Part shown: positions 15,001-23,890 of the stretch, in pieces | Layout of the letters: each line of letters begins with the position of its first letter | Position numbering within the stretch: position 1 is the first letter of the stretch | DNA from: Cyanophora paradoxa CCMP329 | Lineage: Eukaryota; Plantae; Glaucophyta | Assembly (NCBI GenBank): GCA_004431415.1 | Contig: QPMI01000446.1 | Coordinates: forward strand, 1-42,215 | DNA: 42,215 nt | Direction: 5' to 3' | The notes under the pieces: generated by a model | Databases searched by the model: none | Seen by the model: only the letters and a program-made list of their open reading frames with translations | What the model was told of the DNA's origin: nothing | Position numbers and translations under genes: made by a program

Positions 15001-15683
15001 AATCCGTCGGAACGGCGAGAATATTGGGACGGTTCCGCGGACGCAGCATTCTTTCGAGATCACCGATGTGGAGTTCGATGCGAACGCCATCCTTGATGTT
15101 TATGCAGTGAATGCTGGCGGCGCCTCTGGCCCCCGTCGTACAGCCTCTCTATGGGTGTGGCTTCGAATACTGCCACAGGGATTCACCTGACTGCGCGGCC
15201 GACGCGAGTCAACGGATCCCGCGCAAAGCTGCTCTGGAACACTCCGAAGGTGACGTCCAAGGACCGCTTGACGAGGTGCATTGATTGATTGCTGCTCGCG
15301 TTCGTTAGCGGGGCTGATTATGATGCCCATTCTGCAGCTTCGAAATCTTCCTGAACGGGAACCGCATTGCTGCGGCTCCGGCTCCGGTCGGCAAACAAGG
15401 AGCCGCGCTCAACACGTTCTCAGTCGACAGTGTCCCACCCACTGCCGCCTTCCAAGTGATGGCATTCTCGTCTCGCTCCGGGCCAGTGCCGGTCGCCGCG
15501 AGCCGCGTTGTGGAGTTGCAGCCCTACGACAGCAAGGCCCGAAGTGACAAAGGCGAGGAGGAGGCCCCGAGCGTGGCGGCCCCGGGTGACCTCGAGCTGG
15601 AGCTGAACAAGGTCGCGCAGGATCGGCATGACCCGAAGCGGGCCTCCTGCGTCCTGACCTGGAAGGCCCCGGGGTCATCATAG
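1..15683 (+). CDS. 5'-incomplete, multi-exon polycystin-1/adhesion-receptor-like giant membrane protein: Ig-like repeats, REJ, GAIN/GPS, single TM, FN3-like tandem array
   Basis: Many short GT..AG introns (e.g. 1592-1657, 7335-7402). REJ-like motifs LDASLSRDP (4063), LVFVWSS, VVTCTNW..DPLLYK and LPRGEGEDRTVRMVIIVKDIYNA. GAIN-like EVSNLSEPITV. Spliced GPS motif YYDKINKIWISCGNVT..SCNHLTPFAI (CNHLT at 7310-7324). Hydrophobic helix VAVPVVVGSITIALLAAAIIY (~7545-7607). Repeats follow and the last exon ends in TAG at 15683. Several 1-bp frameshifts in G/C runs look like sequencing errors. Confidence 0.8.
170..2420 (+). repeat. About seven diverged ~100-aa Ig-like protein repeats in the ectodomain
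   Basis: Recurring A-x-L-x-C-(x)P-x-R...C...P-L-L-x-[ST]-D-[FL] pattern: AARCNLTR..PILISDL; AVLHCPER..PLLTTDF; AVLSTNVTR..PLLPTDF; ATVSCSPIR..ALLASDL; ATLRCSPLR..DLFPSDF; ATLRCPPR..PLLPSDF; ARLSCPSR..AVLSDL. Confidence 0.7.
7732..14740 (+). repeat. 12 tandem near-identical 585/591-bp coding units, each encoding about two FN3-like beta-sandwich domains
   Basis: CGCAAGTCGACGGCGCCCACG recurs at 7741, 8330, 8914, 9499, 10089, 10674, 11259, 11850, 12435, 13019, 13610 and 14195. Translation APTNLQL..GTLSWS..HRVLRDG..FVVVAVD and AQLSWNTP..YKLLVNG fits the FN3 pattern. Confidence 0.9.
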
Positions 15684-16225
15684 GCGCAGCCTTTCAAATT
15701 CGAGACCGTTACAGATAAGATATAATTATATATAACTAGATATAGATATATTGATGTAGGCAGAGGCTCACACGTAGCGGTAGCCTTGCAGTGTGCGCAT
15801 TGCAGGCCCTAGGTCAGGAAAGTGTGCGCACAGCCCCAGTGTCTGTGTTAGCCATTTCAATGATGTATTTAGCCTTCATCTGTTCTATTATTTGTATTTC
15901 GCGCATGCGCGATGAGGCATGTCTAGACTCAGACTGAGATCTGCATCAATATCTGTCCAATATCTTCAGTCAGCTTTCGATTCGCTTCTGATGAGCTCGA
16001 CTACTCTGTGTGACTTGTATATTCAATCATATTCTTAACCGACTGTATTCTATTCTGAGATTATTCATCGTGTCCATTAATATTTCTGGCGAGCATTCAA
16101 GGGCAAGCAGCTGAAGGTTGCAGCATGCGCAGGGATGCTGCGGGAGAAATTCTAGATGCTGCGGCTGTGCCCCATTATTAACCAACATTATATAATTAGC
16201 CTAATGCAGGATGATATCGATGAGC

Positions 16226-16332
16226 CACCCCTCCACCTCCTCCCCCTCCACCTCCTCCCCCCACCTCCTCCCGCTCCCCCTCCCCCCACCTCCCCCCGCT
16301 CCCCCCCCCCCCCCCCTCCTGGCCCCCACGGC
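16226..16332. repeat. C-rich low-complexity tract (G-quadruplex/i-motif potential)
   Basis: CTCCACCTCCTCCCC units and a long poly-C run; mirrored as a G-rich tract at 42125-42215 where the window ends. Confidence 0.8.
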
Positions 16333-16611
16333 CTCCACTAATTTAATTCCCCTCGCTCTGAATTTTTCAAGAAGAAGTCCTAAGAAGTCCCCTCCAAATG
16401 ATTTTGAATTTTGTAATCGATATCAACTCCCATGCAATTTCCCTCTTTTTTCTTTCATTCGCTATAAATTTCCCCTCGAATTCGAACTCGATCCACTCCT
16501 CTCGATCGAGCTCCGGAAGAGCTCCACAGGCCGGCCTAGCTCCAGGGCAGAGAAAGAAGCCTGTCAGTCGGTCCCATGTCCGCTTCAAGCGCTAGCGCGG
16601 CATCGATATCG

Positions 16612-19600
16612 ATGGACTCCTTCCCTGGTAATCGAAAATCTCCCGCTGGTGATCATGATTGCAATGCGCCGACGGCTTTCGCATTTAATGCATATGGCAC
16701 ATTTCGGTGCTCGCGATCATACATGGCACATTTCGTGCGCAGATGAAGTCCTCCTCGCTATCATGTCGAATTTAGTGAAGGAAGCGGCGCGGGGCCTCGC
16801 TCCAGTGGCACTTGTGAACAGGAGACTACGCGCGCTGAGCGGAGATCCCTCGCTGTGGGATAGCCCTCGCTTTCGCCACGACGATCCGCCGTCTTTCTTC
16901 GTCGGCTCGTGCAGACGGCACGGGCGGCATTTTCGCCGCCTTTGCATCTCGGGACTCGCTCATTTGTCGGGGCGGGACGCGGTCAGAGGCGTTTCGTACT
17001 GCCCGAACCTGACCCATCTCAGCATATCGAGCTTTCTCGGACATATGGAGAGCTGTCGCTACGAGGAGACGAACGAACACTTGATTTCGAATATTAATCG
17101 CACGATGCTCGTGCGTTCCTACGTTTGGAAGACCCTCCCTCAGATGCCAGTGCGCTACGATTTGATATCGAGCTTCTTCGAATTTCTATTATATTATGCA
17201 ACGGTCCCCTAGAACCTCATTCACCTGAACGCGTCGGACGTCTCCATCACGGCGAGCTGCCTCGCCTCGGTGCTCAAGTCCTGCAGCGAGAAGCTCACCA
17301 AGCTGTACCTAAGGCGCGGCACTCGCCGCTTGTGCCCCATGCGCATGGCCGCTGGATTTCCCGCTGCTGATGCCTCGCCACGCGCAGCGACACCTTCCTC
17401 GTTGCAGACGAGTTCTCTCGGAAGGCCCGAGATAGCACTCCGGAGGAGAGCTGGCCTGCAGCGCACGCTTCGAGCATTCTGCATGCTTTCGCCGACATCG
17501 AGTGCGAGTTTTCCGTTTTCAGAATTCGAACAGATATATATTATAGCTAGTTGCGTACTTTACTTAAACCAGGCGCAGGCTCCCGCGGCTTGAGGAGCTA
17601 GATCTGTCCCGCACCATCTGCGACGAGCGGAATCTGTCGCAATTCCTCGCCCGCCTTCCGTCTCTCAAAGAGCTTTTCCTTGTGGGCTAACGTTCTCTGA
17701 ACTTTAAGAACTCGTCCAGTTTAAGCGAGCTCGCATCTGCGAACAGGTCCATCCGTTAAAGGAGCCGCCTTCGGACTGGCACTTCACGCTCGCTCGAACC
17801 CACTTGAGCAAGCTACGCCACTGGTGCGCGTGACTTTTCATGTCAAGTTTGCCTTGTAGAGCTTCACGTCCGTTTGCACACCTTCGACTTCGCCTCGCAG
17901 GAGCGCCAAGGGCCTGAAGGCAACGCTGCAGGCACGCGGTGTCTCCGTTACTCGAAAGAACTTCCTCAAGCTGGTGCGTGAACGTTGGGCCCCACATGTT
18001 TTCCAGATCCGGGCCCGGGGATCCGCGCCGTATGTACATGTGTATTTATTTTCTAGTCCTTGTAGATGACAGAACTCGTTGTCCTGTCGACGCCACCCTA
18101 CTCGAACTCCCCGCGAGCGCGAGCAGTCTACGCGAAGGTTTGTACGTGTTGTATAAAATCCTAGCATCGATATTTTGATGCACCTTCGATTTCATGCGCG
18201 CGCGCATCAAAATCGTGCGGCGCGCATTATTTATTATGCCCAGGTCATGAAGCTTCTGCCGGTGGTCCAGCGCTGCGCGGGCATCGACGCTCGCCTCCAA
18301 GACGGATCCACGCTCTTCCTCTCCGCTATGTATTCGGGGGTACCTTTGCACATTTGCTCCCCCGCTATATATGCTTTGTTGAATTCGCTCATCGGTCCCC
18401 GCTTTGACTCGAGCGCCGCGCTTGGCAGTACTTTGCGGCGGCGCAGCGGCTCGTGGAGGAGTTCGGGGCGGACCCGCTCGCGCGGTGCCGGCCGACTCGC
18501 TTTCGGGCACAGGAAGACCCCTGGGTGCGCATGCACGCGTCCTCTATCTGATCTTCTCGCCACCATCGATCCCCTCATATTCCTGCCGCCCCTCCATGGC
18601 CGCGGCTCCGATCCACAGTCTCCGCCCTACCCGACTACGGGGCACTTCAGCTTGAAGCGCGAAGCGGAAATCGGTCAGCCCGTTTCCGAGGCTCCCATGA
18701 GCGTATCGATTTCGCTCGTGATATCAGGGCCACAGCTTTTCATGATCAATTCGCGTCCGCGATTGTCATGCCTGGCGCATCGGTGCTCCATCTTTTCGCC
18801 CAAAAAGAGGGGTGCGCACATGTACAGCGCTAGCTATAGCACTCTAGCTAGATACCTTTTCTTTGGTGTTACTTGCAGTTTCCAATCCAGTTTGAGCGGG
18901 AATATCGCAGCCCAAGTTCACTTCAGCTGCGGAGTGCGCCAAGACGCGCTGCAGACCGACAGCTCGTCGGCCAGGTTCCGAACGTGAGTGTATATATGCA
19001 TCCCCTGCAGCTGCCAGCTGCAGGTGGGCTTCTCCGGCCTCTAACCCGTCATCAATCAGTTGCTCCGGGACTGGGGTGCCGCCCGCCTCGTTAATGAGGC
19101 GACCTGGGGCGAGCGGGGCCTCCCCCCCCTCCACGCCTTCTTGGCGACAGAGTGAGCCGGCCTCCCCTTAGGTCTCCCCTTCGCTCCGCGCTCACGAGCC
19201 TCGCGCAGCCCGCCTGTCTCATCCCTCTCAGGGATCTTTCTTGCAAGATCGATTTCCCCGCGCGAAGTGCTCCTAGCGCTGGGCGCCGACGAATCCAAGA
19301 CCGACGCCCGCGGCCGGTCGGTGCTGCACATCGCTGCTGCTTCGGGGCGCCCCCAGGCGGTGCGCGAAATCCTCGCCGCCCACCCCGGCATCATCAACGC
19401 CCGAGGTCTGCCTTCCATTTTAAATTCGAACATTAACTCAGATTTTTATCAATGGTGTGAAACCCGCTGCGTCGCATATAAAAGTGGCTGCACCGCCCTT
19501 CTCCTCGCTATCCGCACAATTGGATCACCAAGTGCGCCCCTGTTTTCCGATTTCCCATCGTTCCCCGCCCCGCGGCCGTCAGAATAACCGCAGATATAAT

Positions 19601-19728
19601 ACTAGTGGCCCGGCCGCGTTTTGGCGCGCCGGGGGTGCAAGGGGGGAATCTGGATCTAATGAAAGAGTAGTAGTGGCACGAACATGCACGGGGCAGATGT
19701 AGATTGACCCCGGCCCAGCGCGCGCGGC
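16612..19728 (+). CDS. Spliced host F-box + LRR + ankyrin-repeat protein (one gene or two adjacent genes), 3' end abutting the viral element
   Basis: ATG at 16612 plus intron 16628-16742 gives MDSFPDEVLLAIMSNL..VALVNRRLRALSGDPSLW (F-box). LRR-like CPNLTHLSIS, LNASDVSIT, EKLTKLYLR, RLEELDLS. Ankyrin-like IDARLQDGSTLFLSA, LLALGADESKTDARGRSVLHIAAASGRPQAVREILAAHPGIINAR and GCTALLLAI. Confidence 0.65.
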
Positions 19729-19823
19729 ACACATATTGAAAAACGAATTTAAATCCCTCGTTCATCTCGATCGCTTCGCGATCTCGATTCACTCTGGATT
19801 TAAATTCGTTTTTCAATATGTGT
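19729..19823 (-). other. 95-nt terminal hairpin with G.A-only mismatches and GCGAAGC apex (putative telomere)
   Basis: Perfect 28-bp stem 19729-19756/19796-19823, a 12x12 internal segment with 7 mismatches (all G.A on the minus strand), and a GATCGC-GAA-GCGATC cap. Lies exactly at the host/element boundary. Confidence 0.8.
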
Positions 19824-20143
19824 TAATTTAATACTAAAATACATATTTTTCGATTAATTTCTTAAACTTTTTATGCAAACTTTGTATAAAATAATGCAAA
19901 CTTTGTATTAAAAATGAAAACGCGTTTACCAAAATGCATATTTTCGATTAAACTTCGATAGATTCAATTGATCTTATATCGATTGATTATGTACTTTGTT
20001 GTTTACATACAAATCTGCGATAGATTAACATTAAACTGCTTAAAGATCGATATAATTGCGATTAAATTGCATAAATTCGCATAAACTCGATATATCTCTC
20101 ATGTATTGAAGTAGACCACCGCCCATTCTGTATCGAAAAACGC

Positions 20144-20401
20144 AAAAAGTGTCACAGAGTTGCATTGTGTCCAATTGAACAATCGATGAGATTGCTGATG
20201 TACATTTTTGCACCGAAAAAGTGTCACAGAGTTGCATTATCTCCCATTAAACAATCGATTAGATTGCGGGATTTTCTATTGGAATATATCGGAACTGCAT
20301 TATGTCCAATTAAACAATCGATGAGATTGCGGATTTATATTTTAGATCGAAAAAGTGTCACAGAGTTGCATGGTCTCCAATTGAACAATCGATTAGATTG
20401 C
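20144..20401. repeat. Four degenerate ~65-75-bp subterminal direct repeats
   Basis: Core TGCAT..TCCAATTRAACAATCGATKAGATTGC four times; three copies are preceded by AAAAAGTGTCACAGAGT (20144, 20216, 20350). Confidence 0.85.
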
Positions 20402-20433
20402 ATATGTTCTATAAAACAGAATAATTGAATTCA

Positions 20434-20960
20434 AGTGTGACAGGTAGTATTCAAATGATATTCAGTAATAGATATATTTGTTTTTGAGAAAGTCAGTAAG
20501 AGGGGTAGAATGTCTGTGACAGGTGTGACAGGTGTGACAGGTGTTTTCAGAAGTCTGTCATTTTTGAAAAATTTAGAAAGTTTGAAAATAGGTGTCACAC
20601 CTGTCACACCTGTCACACTCAATTAAACTACCTGTCACACCTGGTCTCCTTACCATTTTCAGTAAGACAGAAAGGTATTCATGAAATCGACTATTGTTGG
20701 GTGGATTTTGAAGGTGTCACACCTGTCACATAGACTGTTTTCAGTAAGACAACAATAAATTCTTGAATATCTCAGTAAGAAATAGAGTCTTTTGTTAATT
20801 GGGTGTGACGGGTGTGACAGGTGTGACAGGTGTTTTCAGAAGTCTGTAATTTGTGAGAATTTTAAAAAGTTTGAAAATAGGTGTCACACCTGTCACAGGC
20901 GTCACAGTCAATTAAATAGGTGTCACACCCGATTATCTGACCATTTTCAGTAAGACCATC
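20434..20960. promoter_or_regulatory. Iteron-like array (GGTGTGACA / TGTCACACC), putative replication origin or end-binding region
   Basis: Two blocks 289 bp apart (20515-20640 and 20801-20930), each 3 forward 9-mers, a ~55-bp AT-rich core and 3+1 inverted 9-mers; about 17 copies in total; also about five CAGTAAGA boxes. Confidence 0.6.
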
Positions 20961-20986
20961 TGAAATTCTGAATTTCTCAGTGTCAA

Positions 20987-21388
20987 CTAACTCGGAAATC
21001 GCAATACTCTATGTTTCTCCGATTTCTCCAACCCTGAAAACACACCTGTTATTCTCTCATCTATCTCATGAGATACTCTCGTGGTTTTTCTCTCTGCTTC
21101 TAATCCACAACTGAATATATCAATCGCCAGCATACCTTCATTTGAGTAACAATGAGCAGTGCAGTGGCTCTCATCCAGCAGAAGAACCATTGCAAAACCA
21201 GGAGGAGAAATACCACCATCGAAAATCTCGCAATGCTTGTGAACTACTCGAATACCTTGCTCTTGAATAATAGTTTGTAAGAACTGCATTAACCACCTGG
21301 TCGTTGTCTCCAAGTCTTCCACTCCTACTGCTAATTGGGTTCTGAATTTGTAATCCAGCATCACATGGAAGCCTCGATGAGTATTCAT
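20987..21388 (-). CDS. speD: S-adenosylmethionine decarboxylase proenzyme, small prokaryotic/phage type
   Basis: 133 aa with G.H..LD N-terminus and GFAMVLLLDESHCTAHCY..EGMLAIDIFSCG, containing the E|SH autocleavage site and DIFxCG motif. Confidence 0.9.
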   Translation of the reverse strand: MNTHRGFHVMLDYKFRTQLAVGVEDLETTTRWLMQFLQTIIQEQGIRVVHKHCEIFDGGISPPGFAMVLLLDESHCTAHCYSNEGMLAIDIFSCGLEAERKTTRVSHEIDERITGVFSGLEKSEKHRVLRFPS

Positions 21389-21428
21389 TTATGAATAATT
21401 TAGAAAAATTAAAAACGCGATTGGTAGA

Positions 21429-21578
21429 ATGCGAACCATCTTAGCAAGAGTGCTACCTTATGAGTTGGTGGATATCATTCTGCTGCACTACCACAAGACC
21501 TGTCCAAACTGCTTTGACACATGCATAATCACAAAGGGAAAATGGGGAAAGATCCTCATTTCTCTCTCAAAGATCTAA
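21429..21578 (+). CDS. 49-aa small ORF (not in ORF track) with LPYELVDIIL and CxxC motifs
   Basis: MRTILARVLPYELVDIILLHYHKTCPNCFDTCIITKGKWGKILISLSKI*; fills the gap between two genes, and its stop overlaps the stop of the convergent 90-aa ORF. Confidence 0.5.
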   Translation: MRTILARVLPYELVDIILLHYHKTCPNCFDTCIITKGKWGKILISLSKI

Positions 21579-21847
21579 TCAAAGTACAGTACCACTGGTT
21601 TATCATCTATCACAATTCCTGATGTAGTCTTTTTTCTGTAAGCATGAGAGGATTTCTTGTTGCACTCTCTGCATCCACTTCCCCTTACATGATTAAATGG
21701 GTAGGTTTGGAGGATCTTGTTGCATTTAAGGCATCTAACAGAGACCTTCTCTTGTGCTTTCTTATACACTGTCTCACTATAATCGAATTTAGCATCACCA
21801 TGAACCATCATTGCAGATTCTATGAATTTCTTTGTTTTATCATCCAT
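21575..21847 (-). CDS. Stand-alone Zn-ribbon repeat unit of the type found in viral homing-endonuclease N-termini (DUF723-like)
   Basis: FIESAMMVHGDAKFDYSETVY...VSVRCLKC...PFNHVRGSGCREC matches the FI..A..VHG.KYDY..V.Y....V.I.C..H/C.....P.NHL.G.GC..C pattern; no nuclease domain follows. Confidence 0.75.
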   Translation of the reverse strand: MDDKTKKFIESAMMVHGDAKFDYSETVYKKAQEKVSVRCLKCNKILQTYPFNHVRGSGCRECNKKSSHAYRKKTTSGIVIDDKPVVLYFD

Positions 21848-21872
21848 TCCTCTCTATATATACCTGAGATTT

Positions 21873-22700
21873 CTATGGAGCAGTATCCTGCCCGAAAATG
21901 GGGAAGTATCGATTTGTGCCGTAATATTCTGCATATGTATTCTGTCTTGCAATAGCATCGGTTCTCTCAGCATAGAGAATGCATTTGTAGATACCAAATC
22001 TGGTGGCTCTCACCAAAAACTGGTAATCTTCAAGACCGAAATTCACTCCATGATAAGCAATCCCGAAATTGTCATATGGAGTGATTACAACTGCAATATT
22101 TGGGGTTCCACCCTCTACTTGACAGACAGCATAAACATCTGGTGGAATATCCACGACCACCTTGTAGTGGTCACCAATCTCAACAAGAGAATCAACTACT
22201 GATGTCTGCTCATTCACAACAATTGGGAAGATCTTGATAATATATGGTGCATTCATACTGGGGACATAGGTGCGAATTCTGGTGTTGGGATCAATGGGAT
22301 TGGGTTGATCATTTACGAAAAGAGGCGCACCAACAGCTCCACCAATCCGAAGACCATCACCAATATATGCTCCCCCCGTTTTGCAGTTAATAGCTCCCGA
22401 CCGAGATTCAAAAGAATAAGTAGAAAGAGGATCACCATAACTGTCTGGGTCTCCATAATGGGCAGAAAAGTTCGCATTTGTCACAAGGAGTTTCGTTGTC
22501 TTAACTATACCATTATTTTTATCACATCTGAGTTCCTGCAATCTCAGTTTATGGGTGGAACCAAAGGTATTCATTGTAGGTTGTACTTCTGTGGATTGGA
22601 GACCTTCTACATCATCAAAAGTAGCATGCTGCAAAACGTGATTTGCAGGTGCTGCTAATGAGAGTTGGGGTGTAATAATTCGCTCTACTGGGGCAGCCAT
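21873..22700 (-). CDS. Fibre/spike paralogue 4 (275 aa): shared N-terminal domain plus unrecognised beta-rich head
   Basis: LRLQELRCDKNNGIVKTTKLLVTNAN and GAINCKTGGAYIG align with the three neighbouring paralogues. Confidence 0.65.
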   Translation of the reverse strand: MAAPVERIITPQLSLAAPANHVLQHATFDDVEGLQSTEVQPTMNTFGSTHKLRLQELRCDKNNGIVKTTKLLVTNANFSAHYGDPDSYGDPLSTYSFESRSGAINCKTGGAYIGDGLRIGGAVGAPLFVNDQPNPIDPNTRIRTYVPSMNAPYIIKIFPIVVNEQTSVVDSLVEIGDHYKVVVDIPPDVYAVCQVEGGTPNIAVVITPYDNFGIAYHGVNFGLEDYQFLVRATRFGIYKCILYAERTDAIARQNTYAEYYGTNRYFPIFGQDTAP

Positions 22701-22723
22701 TTTACATTAAAGTAATATATAAT

Positions 22724-23569
22724 TTATGGGGTTGGGTTATCAATCACATCTGGTTCCTGGTAAAACCCTGTTTGAGAAAGAGTATCAGGAGTAACACCTC
22801 TTAGAGCTGAGACAGCAGCTATATCTGTTCTGATACCCATAACTGTAATTGTATATTTTCCAATATCTGTAACAAACAGATCATAGGTGAAATTGTTATT
22901 ATAAACACAGAACCCTGTGCCGAAATGATCATATCCTTGAACACTGAAATTGTATCTGTGACCTGGCTGGTTATTGTTGGCTCTACATAAAGAAAGCATT
23001 GCAGAAGGAATGACCAGCCCTCTCATTACTCTTTTGGTTCCTTCAATCAATTCAGAGTTTTCAAGTGTGACAGTATAACCTTGGTAAAATTGAATAATTG
23101 GCTGTTGTGCAACTGGTATATATAATCGAATTCGTTGTGGGTCTTCAACATTCTGTTCAAGAGTATCTGGGACATCATTGTATGCAATTGATGAGGAGAG
23201 TTGACCTGAAACTCTGCAACCACCACCAATAAATGCTCCACCTGATCTCACAGTTACAGCAGCAGAATTCTTGTCAAAATCGAGGGCTTTCAGGTCTACA
23301 CTGTAAGCATCAGGACCTCCATTAGTGGGTTGGAAGAAGTTCGCATTTGAGACAAGGAGTCGAGTTGTTTTAACCACACCCGAATTCTTGTCTGCTCTCA
23401 GTTCTTTAACTCGAATAATCGAATTCTTATCAAAGGAGTTACCATTGGAATTGGGTCTCTCTGTGGATTCTAAACCACGAACCTCATCATTAACTTCATG
23501 CTGGCGAAAGTGCATAGCAGGGGATCCAAGGGAATATATTGGAAGTTGAACTCGATTATATTCACCCAT
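22724..23569 (-). CDS. Fibre/spike paralogue 3 (~281 aa from ATG)
   Basis: IRVKELRADKNSGVVKTTRLLVSNAN and AAVTVRSGGAFIG; likely start MGEYNR at 23569. Confidence 0.65.
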   Translation of the reverse strand: MGEYNRVQLPIYSLGSPAMHFRQHEVNDEVRGLESTERPNSNGNSFDKNSIIRVKELRADKNSGVVKTTRLLVSNANFFQPTNGGPDAYSVDLKALDFDKNSAAVTVRSGGAFIGGGCRVSGQLSSSIAYNDVPDTLEQNVEDPQRIRLYIPVAQQPIIQFYQGYTVTLENSELIEGTKRVMRGLVIPSAMLSLCRANNNQPGHRYNFSVQGYDHFGTGFCVYNNNFTYDLFVTDIGKYTITVMGIRTDIAAVSALRGVTPDTLSQTGFYQEPDVIDNPTP

Positions 23570-23607
23570 TGCTTCTTTTACTAAGAAGGAAAGAAAAATA
23601 ATGTACA

Positions 23608-23871
23608 CTACTCTTCTGTGACATTGTTATACTCGATGCCTTTCTTTACAGTTCCCCTTTGGAATGCCTGTAATACAATCGCTTCCTTTGAGGTTGGTAT
23701 CTGAACTCCTGATGAGATGCAAGATTGGATCTCTTTCTGAACAATCTCATCAATTGCGATTCTTGCCCTGTTGTGGGCAGCATTATCAATCCAGTCCTGA
23801 ACAGAAGCAGCGCAATATTCCATTCCCAACTTTTCGGTATCAGTCAGAACTACTTGGTATATATTCGACAT
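23608..23871 (-). CDS. 87-aa protein resembling small cyanophage/marine-phage proteins encoded downstream of C1q-type fibres (possible fibre chaperone)
   Basis: YQVVLTDTEKLGMEYCAASVQDWIDNAAHNRARIAIDEIV..IPTSKEAIVLQAFQRGTVK; recalled similarity, directly downstream of a C1q ORF. Confidence 0.6.
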   Translation of the reverse strand: MSNIYQVVLTDTEKLGMEYCAASVQDWIDNAAHNRARIAIDEIVQKEIQSCISSGVQIPTSKEAIVLQAFQRGTVKKGIEYNNVTEE

Positions 23872-23890
23872 TCTAAACTACTTGTAGAAA

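Noticed and set aside
16211-16611. Poly-proline N-terminus of the 333-aa ORF, or a telomeric repeat
   Set aside because: Irregular C-rich low complexity without a fixed telomere unit; a clean F-box start is obtained from the spliced ATG at 16612.
1-19728. Assigning the host species
   Set aside because: Short GT-AG introns and high GC indicate a protist or alga, but no marker gene is present to support a name.
20144-20401. CRISPR-like repeat/spacer appearance of the ~70-bp units
   Set aside because: Repeats are degenerate and ~50 bp, spacers are short and irregular, there are no cas genes and the context is eukaryotic.
20431-20622. 63-aa ORF MSVTGVTGVTP..TPVTPVTPVT and neighbouring 65/87-aa ORFs
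   Set aside because: Translation by-products of the 9-bp and 70-bp repeats.
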